A stretch of DNA of 64,000 nucleotides from a virus. Position 1 is the first letter of the stretch; the number at the start of each line of letters is the position of its first letter. The stretch is taken from positions 1-64,000 of the IMG/VR virus record IMGVR_UViG_3300013094_000033. The stretch is one strand, 5' to 3'. Position numbers and translations under genes: made by a program. This document shows, piece after piece, positions 27,394 through 37,344 of the stretch. Under the pieces are notes generated by a model. That model did no database searches and was not told the DNA's origin. It was given only the letters and a program-made list of their open reading frames with translations.

Positions 27394-28026
27394 TTAGTTT
27401 ACTGTACTACCAGCAGTCTGTGATTGTACTGTTGTACCAACACCAACACCACCTGCACTACTTTGATTAATTGTTTGAACAGCATTGTCAAACTTAATCT
27501 CGCACATGATAATAACAGGATCACTGCTGTTATAAGCCATTTCGCCGTAATCAACATTACTCAGGAAACAACCCTCTAGGTCCCATTGCTCAAGAATAGT
27601 AGGAGTAGTTTGACCATTGCCACCATCAAGAATATCAAATGTCATTGAGAATTTATAATCAATACCACTTGGTGCACTTGACTGCTCCATAAAGTCAAAT
27701 TGCTTCTGAATTTGTTCGCCGACTAGTTGGCTAACTTGTCCAGATGCATCGTCGCGGAAGTTAATTGTTGTTGGTTGCCACTCAGGCTTACCTTGTAAGA
27801 ATACCTTGCTGTTGTAAACATCAATTGTGATTGGATTGAAGTTTACGCTTGGACGCTTAATATCCTGTACTTGTTTTGATAACGATGTAGTGTCCTTTGT
27901 TATACCAAAGTTAATAAAGTTCGCTCTAAAACGATACTTTAGTTTTGGCATTAACAAGCCTTGAGTACTGCTACTCTGACTTGTTAATTGAGGAACTGTA
28001 AATTTATTTAACGATGCGACTGCCAT
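27394..28026 (-). CDS. Tail tube protein (gp19-like)
   Basis: PKLKYRFR, GKPEWQPTTINFRDD, WDLEGCF; directly follows the sheath gene. Confidence 0.85.
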   Translation of the reverse strand: MAVASLNKFTVPQLTSQSSSTQGLLMPKLKYRFRANFINFGITKDTTSLSKQVQDIKRPSVNFNPITIDVYNSKVFLQGKPEWQPTTINFRDDASGQVSQLVGEQIQKQFDFMEQSSAPSGIDYKFSMTFDILDGGNGQTTPTILEQWDLEGCFLSNVDYGEMAYNSSDPVIIMCEIKFDNAVQTINQSSAGGVGVGTTVQSQTAGSTVN

Positions 28027-28054
28027 ATTGTTCTCCTATTACTATTATTTATCA

Positions 28055-31000
28055 TTAAGTTGATGCTATTTGTAAGGCAGAAATATCGCCTGGATTATAC
28101 AACGCAATAGGAATGTAAATAAATTCTACATCACGCATTGGCTCAATCGCTACATCTACATACAACTGCTGGTTAGCGATTGTAGTTGATGTATTGTTAC
28201 TTGTGTCGCAAATTACTAAGAAGTCGTATACGCCTCTCTTAGCTAATACATCATTTAATGCGCCTTCAATTTGTCTTGCAATACTTGTTCTTGTAATATT
28301 GTCATTAGGTTCAAACAAATATCCATTTGATATTGATTTGAAAATTGTTCTTAGATAATTCTCTAAACGAACAACGTTAATGCTATCACGTGAACTTGTA
28401 TCAGCTGAACGTGTTTGTTGTCCCCAAATTACAATGCCTGTACCAGGTAATTGTGTTAATGGATTAATTTTTAATGGGTATAACGCATCGCGCAACCCTT
28501 GATTAATACCATTATGTACAAACGAACCGCTATTAGCGTCAACGTAACCGATGTTGTTTAAGTTGCTTACTAAACCACGGTTAACACCAGCTGGGGCAAA
28601 CCAAGGATAACTGATTTGATCGCTGTACAAGAATGTACGCAATGCAGCATGACTTGCTGGAACTACTACTGTGTTACCTGCTAAATCATTTGTTAAACCA
28701 GCTGGATAATATAAACCAGTGTAAGGATCTGTTGCAGCTACTGCTGGCAATCCTGTACCATCTGTGTTGTTAACCCAGTTTGTAATGTCAACTGTGTTTG
28801 GTGCTAATGTTATTGGTGTATCACCAATAACAAAACCAGTGTTACTGCGATTATTGTTTAAGTTAATCAAGTTGCTAGTAATTTCTGGGTATCCAGGGCA
28901 TACTAATAAATTGAAGTTATAAATGTCTTCAATAATATCAGTGTTACTATCAACTGCACTTGCCAATGCAGCAACAACAATTGCTCGTTGTGCAGCACTA
29001 CCAGCATACATTACACCATTGCTGTTTAATCCGCTAGCAGATTGCCATGTGCTGGTCACAGCAGGCAATGAACCGCTTGAGCCGGGAATCAATCCAGGAG
29101 TTGGATATGCTGTTGCATTAAACTTGTTGTACACAAATTGCTTAACATTATAACCACTGCGACGTGTGTTAAACAATAATGTACCACGTGGATACAATCT
29201 GTAATCTGGAGCATCTTGATCAATATAATTACTAGATAACATTTCTGTTACAGGAATTAAACTTCCGCTGATAACATCAGTTGTTCCGTCTACGTCCCAA
29301 CGAGCATCAGCAAAAATAATACCATTGCTTGATGTATGATCGGCTGTGTTAATTGACACCCATGTGCTACCATTGTAACGGCTTAGTGCTGGGTAATCAA
29401 CTAAATTAGAAATGTCTAACCACAAATCACCAGCTACCAAGTTAGCACCTGTTGATTGTGCAACAGGAGCAGTACCTGCACTGATAATAACACCATTGGA
29501 GTCTGTATTAGAAAGATTATAACCGCGTACATCGCTGGTTACATTTTGATAACCTTTCCAACCATTGTTGTTAATCATAATATCAATATCAGCAGGATTG
29601 CTATAGTACCAATATGTTCCGCTAGCAGGAGCAGTATAAGGCTCGCTTGATTGATATGTAATTGTAGAAGTTATGTCTGACCAGTTATTAATAACAATCT
29701 TATTAAGATAGGTATTAACTACGAACCCTGTTCCTTTACCTGATACAAATTGTGCAGCAGTTAGTGGAGTTCCACTTGCCGGTGCTAGTGTAATTTGTCC
29801 GCCAGCAGTATGAATAATACTGATACTACCATATGTACCGTCAGTTGAATTAAATGCTGCAGATACATAAGGAATGTTTGCCGCTAACACGTCAGTAACA
29901 AATGACTGAGCTGTTGTTCCACTTAATGTAATTGTTGTTGTAGTAACAGCTGAAGTTCCAGGAGTTGAAGAAAATATATTAAAAGTATTGCTTGCTGTAA
30001 ATGGAGTAGCTGATTGTAGTTGTCCGCCTGTACCAACTGCAACATTTGCGGGCTTTTGTACATAGAATTTCAAACCATTGGCGGTAGTATCGTATATATC
30101 AAAATCCGCAAATGTTTGACCATGGGAGATATTAATACCACCACCAGTTGGATCTAAACCGTATACAGCATAGTTAAAGTTCTGGAACATTGGGGTGTTC
30201 AATGTAGACCATTGCATTACATTAGCATTGTAATTTTCTAATACTGGGCTAAATCCTGTACCAGTAGCAGATGTTTTCCACCAAATACTACCACTTGGAC
30301 GTGGTTGAGTATCGGTTGCAAACCAACCACCTGCTGGTGCCTGTGCATAGTTTCCGTAGAACAAATATGGGCAGTAGCAAGTATTCAAAGAAATAGCTGC
30401 AATTGCTGATAATGGAGTGTTAGTTCCATCAGTTAATAGTAACTTACCATCAGCAGGGGCACCAGAGCCACCACTCTTAGCTGCACTAGTAACAAATAAT
30501 GTTAAGCGTCCATTGTATGTTGATGCTTTAACACCAGTGATACTTGCACCGTTAATTGCTGTTGCAATAGAACCAATATTTAATGTTTCAGTGCTTGGCA
30601 TTGTAACAGTAACACCGTTGATAATAAAAGTTGCACTATTCAATGATGAAGCTTGTCCACTTGAAATAGATGATGCAATACCAGTTGCAACTGGTATAGA
30701 ATTTTGCCAATTTGTGCCGCCAACTTGTACCCAAGTGTTAGGACCAGGGCCGCCGGCACCTGTTGGTAATGCTGAAGCTGTAGTTTTGTAGAACAAACGT
30801 ATTACAGATGCGTCTAAACCATTTGTGTCAACAAATACTAATGCATATTGACCAGGAGATCCTACCGAATTTAATGGAGTAGGAACATTGTAAGCGTATG
30901 TGTTATCGTCGAATACGTGTGTTTTATCTGTAATTAACAATGGTGACACATGATCAAAACCGCTGATTGAATTATCAAGAGCATAAATTCCCCACTCTGT

Positions 31001-31417
31001 TGATTCTGTGTTTAACCAATATGTGTTATTAGCTGGAGCACCTTGTGGTCTAGCTGAAGTGCCAATTAATTGATTTAAATCAATATCTGCACGAATTGCA
31101 TACAACTGATTGCTTACGCCTAGTGCGCTGTATGCAGCTAATAAGCCATATTCATTTAATTCGCTAGCATTAACTGGTGTACCAGATGCGCTTACTTGGA
31201 ATGTTGGTGTACCAAGTGCAGTAACTAGTTCGCGTTGGCTACCAAAAGACTGCAACATTCCTGCGTTAGTTTTGCTTGTGCCAGTGGCAGAAGCACCGTT
31301 ATATGTTTTATCTTGTGCTGTCGCTAAAACAACTAGTGGGATCGAGCCAACATTGCTGTTAATGTACTGACTTTGATCGTTAATGGAAATCGAAATTCCT
31401 GGGGATACTAGTGCCAT
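28055..31417 (-). CDS. Tail sheath protein (gp18-like) with a large central insertion
   Basis: MALVSPG N-terminus; WFAPAGVNRG, INPL, INVVRL and DVAIEPMRDVEFIYIPI at the C-terminus. Confidence 0.93.
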   Translation of the reverse strand: MALVSPGISISINDQSQYINSNVGSIPLVVLATAQDKTYNGASATGTSKTNAGMLQSFGSQRELVTALGTPTFQVSASGTPVNASELNEYGLLAAYSALGVSNQLYAIRADIDLNQLIGTSARPQGAPANNTYWLNTESTEWGIYALDNSISGFDHVSPLLITDKTHVFDDNTYAYNVPTPLNSVGSPGQYALVFVDTNGLDASVIRLFYKTTASALPTGAGGPGPNTWVQVGGTNWQNSIPVATGIASSISSGQASSLNSATFIINGVTVTMPSTETLNIGSIATAINGASITGVKASTYNGRLTLFVTSAAKSGGSGAPADGKLLLTDGTNTPLSAIAAISLNTCYCPYLFYGNYAQAPAGGWFATDTQPRPSGSIWWKTSATGTGFSPVLENYNANVMQWSTLNTPMFQNFNYAVYGLDPTGGGINISHGQTFADFDIYDTTANGLKFYVQKPANVAVGTGGQLQSATPFTASNTFNIFSSTPGTSAVTTTTITLSGTTAQSFVTDVLAANIPYVSAAFNSTDGTYGSISIIHTAGGQITLAPASGTPLTAAQFVSGKGTGFVVNTYLNKIVINNWSDITSTITYQSSEPYTAPASGTYWYYSNPADIDIMINNNGWKGYQNVTSDVRGYNLSNTDSNGVIISAGTAPVAQSTGANLVAGDLWLDISNLVDYPALSRYNGSTWVSINTADHTSSNGIIFADARWDVDGTTDVISGSLIPVTEMLSSNYIDQDAPDYRLYPRGTLLFNTRRSGYNVKQFVYNKFNATAYPTPGLIPGSSGSLPAVTSTWQSASGLNSNGVMYAGSAAQRAIVVAALASAVDSNTDIIEDIYNFNLLVCPGYPEITSNLINLNNNRSNTGFVIGDTPITLAPNTVDITNWVNNTDGTGLPAVAATDPYTGLYYPAGLTNDLAGNTVVVPASHAALRTFLYSDQISYPWFAPAGVNRGLVSNLNNIGYVDANSGSFVHNGINQGLRDALYPLKINPLTQLPGTGIVIWGQQTRSADTSSRDSINVVRLENYLRTIFKSISNGYLFEPNDNITRTSIARQIEGALNDVLAKRGVYDFLVICDTSNNTSTTIANQQLYVDVAIEPMRDVEFIYIPIALYNPGDISALQIAST

Positions 31418-31447
31418 GGTTATCTTCCTTTATATACATGTTAAAGT

Positions 31448-31455
31448 TATTTATA
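31448..31455 (-). promoter_or_regulatory. T4-type late promoter TATAAATA for the sheath gene (one example of many TAAATA sites)
   Basis: Exact TATAAATA upstream of an AAGGA RBS. TAAATA precedes most structural genes in the window. Confidence 0.75.
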
Positions 31456-31517
31456 ATAAAGGTTGAAATTCTGGTAGTTACAATGCCCTTAATTAAGGTC
31501 TACAAATAAATATCATT

Positions 31518-31862
31518 ATGAGACCATTGTGCCCCACTTGTAACCGACGTCCTGTTGCCATTAATAGGCATATAGGAGATAAAATCTATTATAGAAAAAC
31601 ATGTGATATATGTTCTAGAGCTGGCAAAAAAGTAAAACCTGATTCGCCGCAATGGGCCAAAAGCGGATATACAAAAAAGCCACAATGTGAACGCTGTGGC
31701 TTTAAGTTTAAATTAGTTGAACAATCAAATGTGTTCTATGTAGATGGCAATTTAAAAAACAATAATTGGCTTAATCTTAAGACTGTATGTTTAAACTGTC
31801 AACAGGAAGTGTATAAATCTAGATTGCCGTGGAAACCTGCTCTACTAGTGCCAGATTTTTAA
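31518..31862 (+). CDS. Zn-finger protein with a degenerate HNH-like C-terminus
   Basis: Four CxxC pairs and VDGNLKNN..LNLKTVCLNC. Confidence 0.7.
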   Translation: MRPLCPTCNRRPVAINRHIGDKIYYRKTCDICSRAGKKVKPDSPQWAKSGYTKKPQCERCGFKFKLVEQSNVFYVDGNLKNNNWLNLKTVCLNCQQEVYKSRLPWKPALLVPDF

Positions 31863-32454
31863 TTTGACTATACAAGTCATCTATAGTTCCATTATTATCA
31901 ATTATAGCATCAAAGTCCGTGCCTACCCAAGAGGTTTCGCTGGCATGAATTTTGCGATTAATCAATTCCCACTTTGCAGATTCTGATCCATTGTTGCAGT
32001 CTAATGCAACATTGTACCATTCAGGCAATTCGCCTCTCTTAACCCAGATTACTTTGCCACCGGCGTTTTTGATCGATTTTATTTCATTGGGAAATCTGCA
32101 ATCGCTAATAACAATATTGTCTTGGCTACTACGTAGTTTGTTTTCCATACTAGCGATCCAAATATCATCATGAAATCCTTTTCTGCACACTTCAGTTCCC
32201 CAGTATTGTAATACCCAGCGTGGCGTAATATCTATTCCCAATCTATTACTCCACCAATCATCTCGTTGTTCGCGCCATTCACGGGCTTGCTTAGTGCGTC
32301 CTTCTAGCATAGTACGATCCCATCCAAAAACTGCGGCCACTGCATCTTTAAGAGTGCTAGCAAATGATTCTCGTCTGAACTCATGAAAGTTTTGCAAATA
32401 GTCTGCGGCTGTATCTTTGCCGCTGCCAATAAACCCGCAGATTCCTATGATCAT
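31819..32454 (-). CDS. Deoxynucleoside monophosphate kinase (gp1-like); start revised to 32454
   Basis: MIIGICGFIGSGKDT, SFASTLKD, PRWVLQYWGTE, ISDCRFPNE, HASE. Confidence 0.92.
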   Translation of the reverse strand: MIIGICGFIGSGKDTAADYLQNFHEFRRESFASTLKDAVAAVFGWDRTMLEGRTKQAREWREQRDDWWSNRLGIDITPRWVLQYWGTEVCRKGFHDDIWIASMENKLRSSQDNIVISDCRFPNEIKSIKNAGGKVIWVKRGELPEWYNVALDCNNGSESAKWELINRKIHASETSWVGTDFDAIIDNNGTIDDLYSQIKNLALVEQVSTAI

Positions 32455-32503
32455 AAAAAATGCTCCTGTATTAGGAGCATTATTACATATTTGTTTAATA
32501 GTG

Positions 32504-33046
32504 TCAAGTTCTCTTAGTTTTTTTCGACTTTGCTTTAGTTGTAACATACTGAGCTGATGCACTAGTTTTGTCATGACTATTTGATTTACGATCTTTTTTC
32601 TGGAAAACCTGTTCGTGTTTTGTATCAAGTTTTAAGTCGGGCAATACTTCTGGTTTTTCGCCTTTCTTTAATAACTTAATAGGTGGTTTAGGTTTTACTG
32701 CACTTCTATTGTAAATGTCTGGTAACTCATGGCTTTGTCTCCACTGGGTAACATTTTTATAGTCGCTATCTACGGTTGCAAACGCGGCTGCTAACATGTT
32801 GTCATCTGCCTGAGTGTACGGATATGCAGTATTATATTTTTCGTACCAGGATTCTTGCTCAAAATCTTTCATTACACCACGATCAATTCCGTTAGCTGCC
32901 GCAGCGGCCATCATAATACGATTTAAGTGATATATACGATCGTATCCACCAACATCACGAAAGCGCCAAGACGAGTGTTGAGCGGCAGAATGGCCAGCAT
33001 CGTATTCGCCTTTGAGTCCTTCAGTAATAATTTCGTTAATTTTCAT
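32504..33046 (-). CDS. Putative internal head protein
   Basis: MKINEIITE N-terminus, basic C-terminal tail and a late motif. Confidence 0.6.
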   Translation of the reverse strand: MKINEIITEGLKGEYDAGHSAAQHSSWRFRDVGGYDRIYHLNRIMMAAAAANGIDRGVMKDFEQESWYEKYNTAYPYTQADDNMLAAAFATVDSDYKNVTQWRQSHELPDIYNRSAVKPKPPIKLLKKGEKPEVLPDLKLDTKHEQVFQKKDRKSNSHDKTSASAQYVTTKAKSKKTKRT

Positions 33047-33055
33047 ACTTTATAT

Positions 33056-34009
33056 TTAGCCAATTACAAAAGTTAATGGTTGACTACCATCTACAAACAG
33101 TTTGAGATCTTCATCTAATTGTTTCATTTCTTCGTTGGCTTCTTGTACCATAGTAGCACCATTTAAACTTGTTCCGCCTTGCGGTCCGGCTATTTGACTA
33201 AACTTACTGTATGCTTGACCTAAAATACGTTTAGCAAAACTGTAGGCATATTCTTGGATCCACGGAAATGCCTGCGGATCATTGAATATCATTTGATCTG
33301 GTTTGGTATTGAAGACCCAAAGTAAAACTGATTCTTGTTGATTGGGATCTGGGTTAGCACCTTGGTAAGGCATCTTACGCACAAGTGTTAATTTTTTAGT
33401 AACTGGGTTAAATGTATAGTTCATGTAACCTCCGAACATTTTCATAGCTAACTTTTGATAGTCAACAAACATCTCGTAATTAGTTAAGCCACCTACACGA
33501 CCTGCTACTAACATATAAGTGTTCAAATATCCACTTGCAAAAGGTTCAAACTGACTTGCTGTTGTTCCTGTTGTACTACCGATACCACGTCTAAAAATAG
33601 CACGAACCTGTTGTATTTCTTTAGGGAGTATATATTCCTGAGTTTCAGGCATTAGTTGAAGTGTGGCATAACTTTCTTCTGTGCTATTTTGTGCACGTTG
33701 ACGATATTTAATTAATGCTTGATTAATTGACATCTCATAGTGTTCTTTTTCTAATTCAACATCTACAATTCCATCGCCTAAACGCATACGCACGTAGTCA
33801 ACAATAGAAGCTCGCATTGAGTCATTGGTGTTGCCATAGTCCCAATTTGGGTCTTGTACACCAGGGAATGTTACTGTTTTACTACCATCAAAAGCAATGT
33901 GTGCACCACTTTGCGTTCCGGTATTGGCATTAAAAAGGCTGTCAACTATAAGGTTGTTGTTTGCATCATACCCTGACTCGGCAGTGACAGGTGAGTTTGT
34001 AATATCCAT
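33056..34009 (-). CDS. Neck protein (gp13-like)
   Basis: LGDGIVDVELE, WIQEYAYSFAKRILGQAYSKF, GGTSLNG. Confidence 0.85.
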   Translation of the reverse strand: MDITNSPVTAESGYDANNNLIVDSLFNANTGTQSGAHIAFDGSKTVTFPGVQDPNWDYGNTNDSMRASIVDYVRMRLGDGIVDVELEKEHYEMSINQALIKYRQRAQNSTEESYATLQLMPETQEYILPKEIQQVRAIFRRGIGSTTGTTASQFEPFASGYLNTYMLVAGRVGGLTNYEMFVDYQKLAMKMFGGYMNYTFNPVTKKLTLVRKMPYQGANPDPNQQESVLLWVFNTKPDQMIFNDPQAFPWIQEYAYSFAKRILGQAYSKFSQIAGPQGGTSLNGATMVQEANEEMKQLDEDLKLFVDGSQPLTFVIG

Positions 34010-34060
34010 AGAAAAGTCCCGTTTATACAGTATTTAGTACTGCACAACGGGACTTGTGGG

Positions 34061-35233
34061 TTATTGTGTTTTTAACAATACAATATCTGCGTTTATACGT
34101 CCATTTAATTTAGTCTCAGTGGCTTTAATCTCATCTAAGAACTTACGTAATTGTATCTTGCCTGCTTTAGCAAACTCTTTCAATTGATCAATTGGCTTAC
34201 GCAATGTTTTGCACACACTTTTAGCTTCGTCGTAGCCTTCGATGCTAGTGCCTTTAACCCGCAATGGGCCTTGCAAACTGTCTGCTACATACTTGCCTAG
34301 CTTTCTAGTTTTAGAATTGTAGATCCACAATTCGTTTGCACCTAAAATATCAACTGGGTTAATACTAATTATTTTAAGAGCTTTGTCTTCTTTGGCGTAC
34401 TTGAGTTTTGCTACAACTTTTTCTTTACTTACTGCCCGTGGAGCACGTAATTTTTTAGTGGCTTTCTTTACGCCTCTATATTGCTCAATATCGTTAAGAA
34501 TACTATCTAAAAACACAAAGATGCGTTTGAAATCTGCCGCTTTGTAATGCTTGTAACCCTCAACTACTTGCTCATCTGCTTTTTCATATGCTAGTTTAAG
34601 TTCATCAAATCTCTTTTGATACACTTCTACATATTTGCTGAGTTGACTTTGTGGAACATTGTTAGCAACCAAAAAGTCATAGGTCTTAAACTTGTAGTCC
34701 TTGCTCTTAATAACTTCATCGTAATGGCCTTCTAGCTCGCCGATTGTTTCGCTAGTTTTTTCATTAAGACGATCCTGAATAGTGGGCACGTATGCTTTGG
34801 GTTTTTCCTCAGCAGTCTCTACCACTTCAGGCTCGGCTAACTCTATAGATTTGTTGATACAATCTGTAATAAACTCAATATGACGTCCACGGAATGGCAT
34901 ACCCACACGATGTGCCATTATAAGACTACATGCTGTCATTGACAAACTTCTGTCAGGACTGCGAATAAACGCACTTATGTCTCGTTTTGTAAACACCGTC
35001 GGTTGTGCTTGCATCCATTCTACTACATGTTTTTTGCAGTCTTTTTGACTGTAATAGTAATTGTAGTAATAAAAACTCTTACGAAGACAATGATCAAAGG
35101 TTTCGTTATCAAATTTTTCTGCACGTTCTGTATCCCACACGGGCTCAGATCCTGTGTACTTTTCGTCTGCAAAAGCACCGCCACGGGGTTTTGCTACTTT
35201 AGTTTTAATTTTGATACCGGCTACTGTGGCCAT
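34061..35233 (-). CDS. Basic hypothetical protein with its own sigma70 promoter
   Basis: 390 aa, AAGGAG RBS, TTGCAT-17-TATAAT at 35262-35290. Confidence 0.75.
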   Translation of the reverse strand: MATVAGIKIKTKVAKPRGGAFADEKYTGSEPVWDTERAEKFDNETFDHCLRKSFYYYNYYYSQKDCKKHVVEWMQAQPTVFTKRDISAFIRSPDRSLSMTACSLIMAHRVGMPFRGRHIEFITDCINKSIELAEPEVVETAEEKPKAYVPTIQDRLNEKTSETIGELEGHYDEVIKSKDYKFKTYDFLVANNVPQSQLSKYVEVYQKRFDELKLAYEKADEQVVEGYKHYKAADFKRIFVFLDSILNDIEQYRGVKKATKKLRAPRAVSKEKVVAKLKYAKEDKALKIISINPVDILGANELWIYNSKTRKLGKYVADSLQGPLRVKGTSIEGYDEAKSVCKTLRKPIDQLKEFAKAGKIQLRKFLDEIKATETKLNGRINADIVLLKTQ

Positions 35234-35308
35234 AAATGCTCCTTAACTTGACAATAATACTATTATATAGCAAAACCCATTTTTATGCAATGGGTTTTGT
35301 GTTGTATT

Positions 35309-35587
35309 TTAGCCACGACGTGCGAGCTTTTTGTACACTAGCAACGGCATTTTAATTGCTACATCCAGTGCATTTGCTTTTATACGCAAAGACTCTGCAA
35401 CAGAGTTTACCTCTGCTAGCGTAGATGTATTGGGATTGAGATCTACTAAAAATAGAGCTTTGTTTGCTGTAAACTCTGCGTAAGTATGAGCAACAATACG
35501 TAAAGATATTACATCATTTTTATATGGTGTACGCTTAAAGTTAACTTTTACATATAACTTGTTTGTAGGCATTGCGTTAAACAACAT
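35309..35587 (-). CDS. Hypothetical protein, probably early
   Basis: AAGGAG RBS; TAGACC-17-TATAAT at 35616-35644. Confidence 0.7.
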   Translation of the reverse strand: MLFNAMPTNKLYVKVNFKRTPYKNDVISLRIVAHTYAEFTANKALFLVDLNPNTSTLAEVNSVAESLRIKANALDVAIKMPLLVYKKLARRG

Positions 35588-35652
35588 ACGAGCTCCTTTT
35601 TATGGACAAGTATGCATTATACCCGAAATAGTATTTTGGGTCTACCAAAATA

Positions 35653-35904
35653 TTACATCTTTAACAACGAGCCAAATGTTAACTGTTGCTCTAAAACAAC
35701 AAGACTTTTGTCTAAATTTTCAGCAATTTCTGTGTACTTTGGTGTTACTTTTTGATAACGTCTACATTGCACAAATTCATTATCTAATTCATTCCACAAT
35801 CGTGCACAATTAGCCCACATTTTAGTAAGGTTATTATCCCGTAGTCTAAAAGTAACACGACGGGCATCTTCTAATCTGTTGTAAAGTTCTTGTGAATGAT
35901 GCAT
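35653..35904 (-). CDS. Hypothetical protein, probably early and leaderless; start revised to 35904
   Basis: TTGACC-17-TACAAT at 35912-35940 lies inside the longer track ORF. An ATG follows 7 nt after the -10 box. Confidence 0.65.
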   Translation of the reverse strand: MHHSQELYNRLEDARRVTFRLRDNNLTKMWANCARLWNELDNEFVQCRRYQKVTPKYTEIAENLDKSLVVLEQQLTFGSLLKM

Positions 35905-35973
35905 AACGGTAATTGTACTATAAAAATCATTCTGGGTCAAATCCATAAATACTACAATATTAGGATTAGATTT

Positions 35974-37335
35974 ATGGCACGGTTAAGCCTTTGGAAAAAC
36001 GGTAAACACTCAAATGATTATAAGTTTATGGATAGACGCATATCCGAAATGTTTACCATTGGTGGTACTGGAATACTGCTAAACAAATACCTAGGGCCAA
36101 TTGCACAAGGTACACAAATTGCTACTAGTGCTAGTCAGACTACAACATCCGATCCATTGGTTTTTAGTAATACAAATGGTGTTAACATCGGTGACTACGT
36201 GTATGGTAACAACATTCCAGGTGGTACCCAAGTTATCGTAAAATCAGCTACGTCTGTTACTCTAAGTGCAAATACATCTGCACTAGTAGGGACTGGGTCT
36301 ACAATCGGATTTAGCGCAGATGCTACCCAACCTAGTTACACAAATCAAAGTGAACTAAACATACAAGACTTGTTATGGCAAGAAAATCGTGATCGAAAAT
36401 ATGATACAAACGTATATCAAATGCGTGGTATCTACCAACGTGCAGATCAAGATTTTGATCTAAGCCAATTTGGCCTGTTCCTACAAACTGGTACTATTTT
36501 TATGGTGTTTCATTTGCGTGACATGGTTGATTTAATAGGTCGTAAACTAATGTCAGGCGATGTGCTTGAACTGCAACATTTAAAAGATTACGATGCATTA
36601 AACGGCGATTTACCAGCGGCACTAAAAAGATATTATGTAGTTGGCGATGCTAGTTTTGCCGCAGAAGGATTTAGCCCAACTTGGTGGCCACACTTATGGC
36701 GTGTTAAACTTAATCCGTTAGTAGACAGTCAAGAATACAAAGATATTCTTAACAATATTGCAGCCAGTGACACTACTACAACACCAGTGGGACAAATTTT
36801 ATCTACTTACAATGAATATTTAAACATCAATGAAAGTACAATAGCCCAAGCAGAAGTTGATGTACCATTAAGCGGGTACGATACTACACCGTACTACTCA
36901 TTGCCAGATCCAAGTATTGTAACTGGTGATATTACATCTGACTCAGGCGAGATTACCGCTGACAGTATTGATTTAACATCCGACAGTATCATTACAACTC
37001 CTGCTTACAAAATAAGCGGATACTTAACAGGTGACGGTACTCCGCCAAACAGTATTACATGCGGCACAGGAATATCATTCCCAACTAATCCAATCAATGG
37101 AGAGTATTTTTTACGCCTTGATTATCTGCCAAACAGATTATTCAGATTCAATGGTCAGTATTGGTTACGAATAGAAGATTCAGTACGTACAAACATCACC
37201 CCAGGTGATACAAATAATAAGACAATGCGCGAGGGTTATGTAAATAACACTAACACATACACAGACTCGCAAGGTGTAGTACACAAAGAAAGACAGTCCC
37301 TTAGTGAAGCATTGACTCCTAAGGCAGACAATTAA
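35974..37335 (+). CDS. Neck / head-closure protein (gp14-like); start revised to 35974
   Basis: MARLSLW, DFDLSQFGLFL, GDVLELQHL, WWPHLWRVK; ATAAATA and AGGA upstream. Confidence 0.75.
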   Translation: MARLSLWKNGKHSNDYKFMDRRISEMFTIGGTGILLNKYLGPIAQGTQIATSASQTTTSDPLVFSNTNGVNIGDYVYGNNIPGGTQVIVKSATSVTLSANTSALVGTGSTIGFSADATQPSYTNQSELNIQDLLWQENRDRKYDTNVYQMRGIYQRADQDFDLSQFGLFLQTGTIFMVFHLRDMVDLIGRKLMSGDVLELQHLKDYDALNGDLPAALKRYYVVGDASFAAEGFSPTWWPHLWRVKLNPLVDSQEYKDILNNIAASDTTTTPVGQILSTYNEYLNINESTIAQAEVDVPLSGYDTTPYYSLPDPSIVTGDITSDSGEITADSIDLTSDSIITTPAYKISGYLTGDGTPPNSITCGTGISFPTNPINGEYFLRLDYLPNRLFRFNGQYWLRIEDSVRTNITPGDTNNKTMREGYVNNTNTYTDSQGVVHKERQSLSEALTPKADN

Positions 37336-37344
37336 AGGATTATA

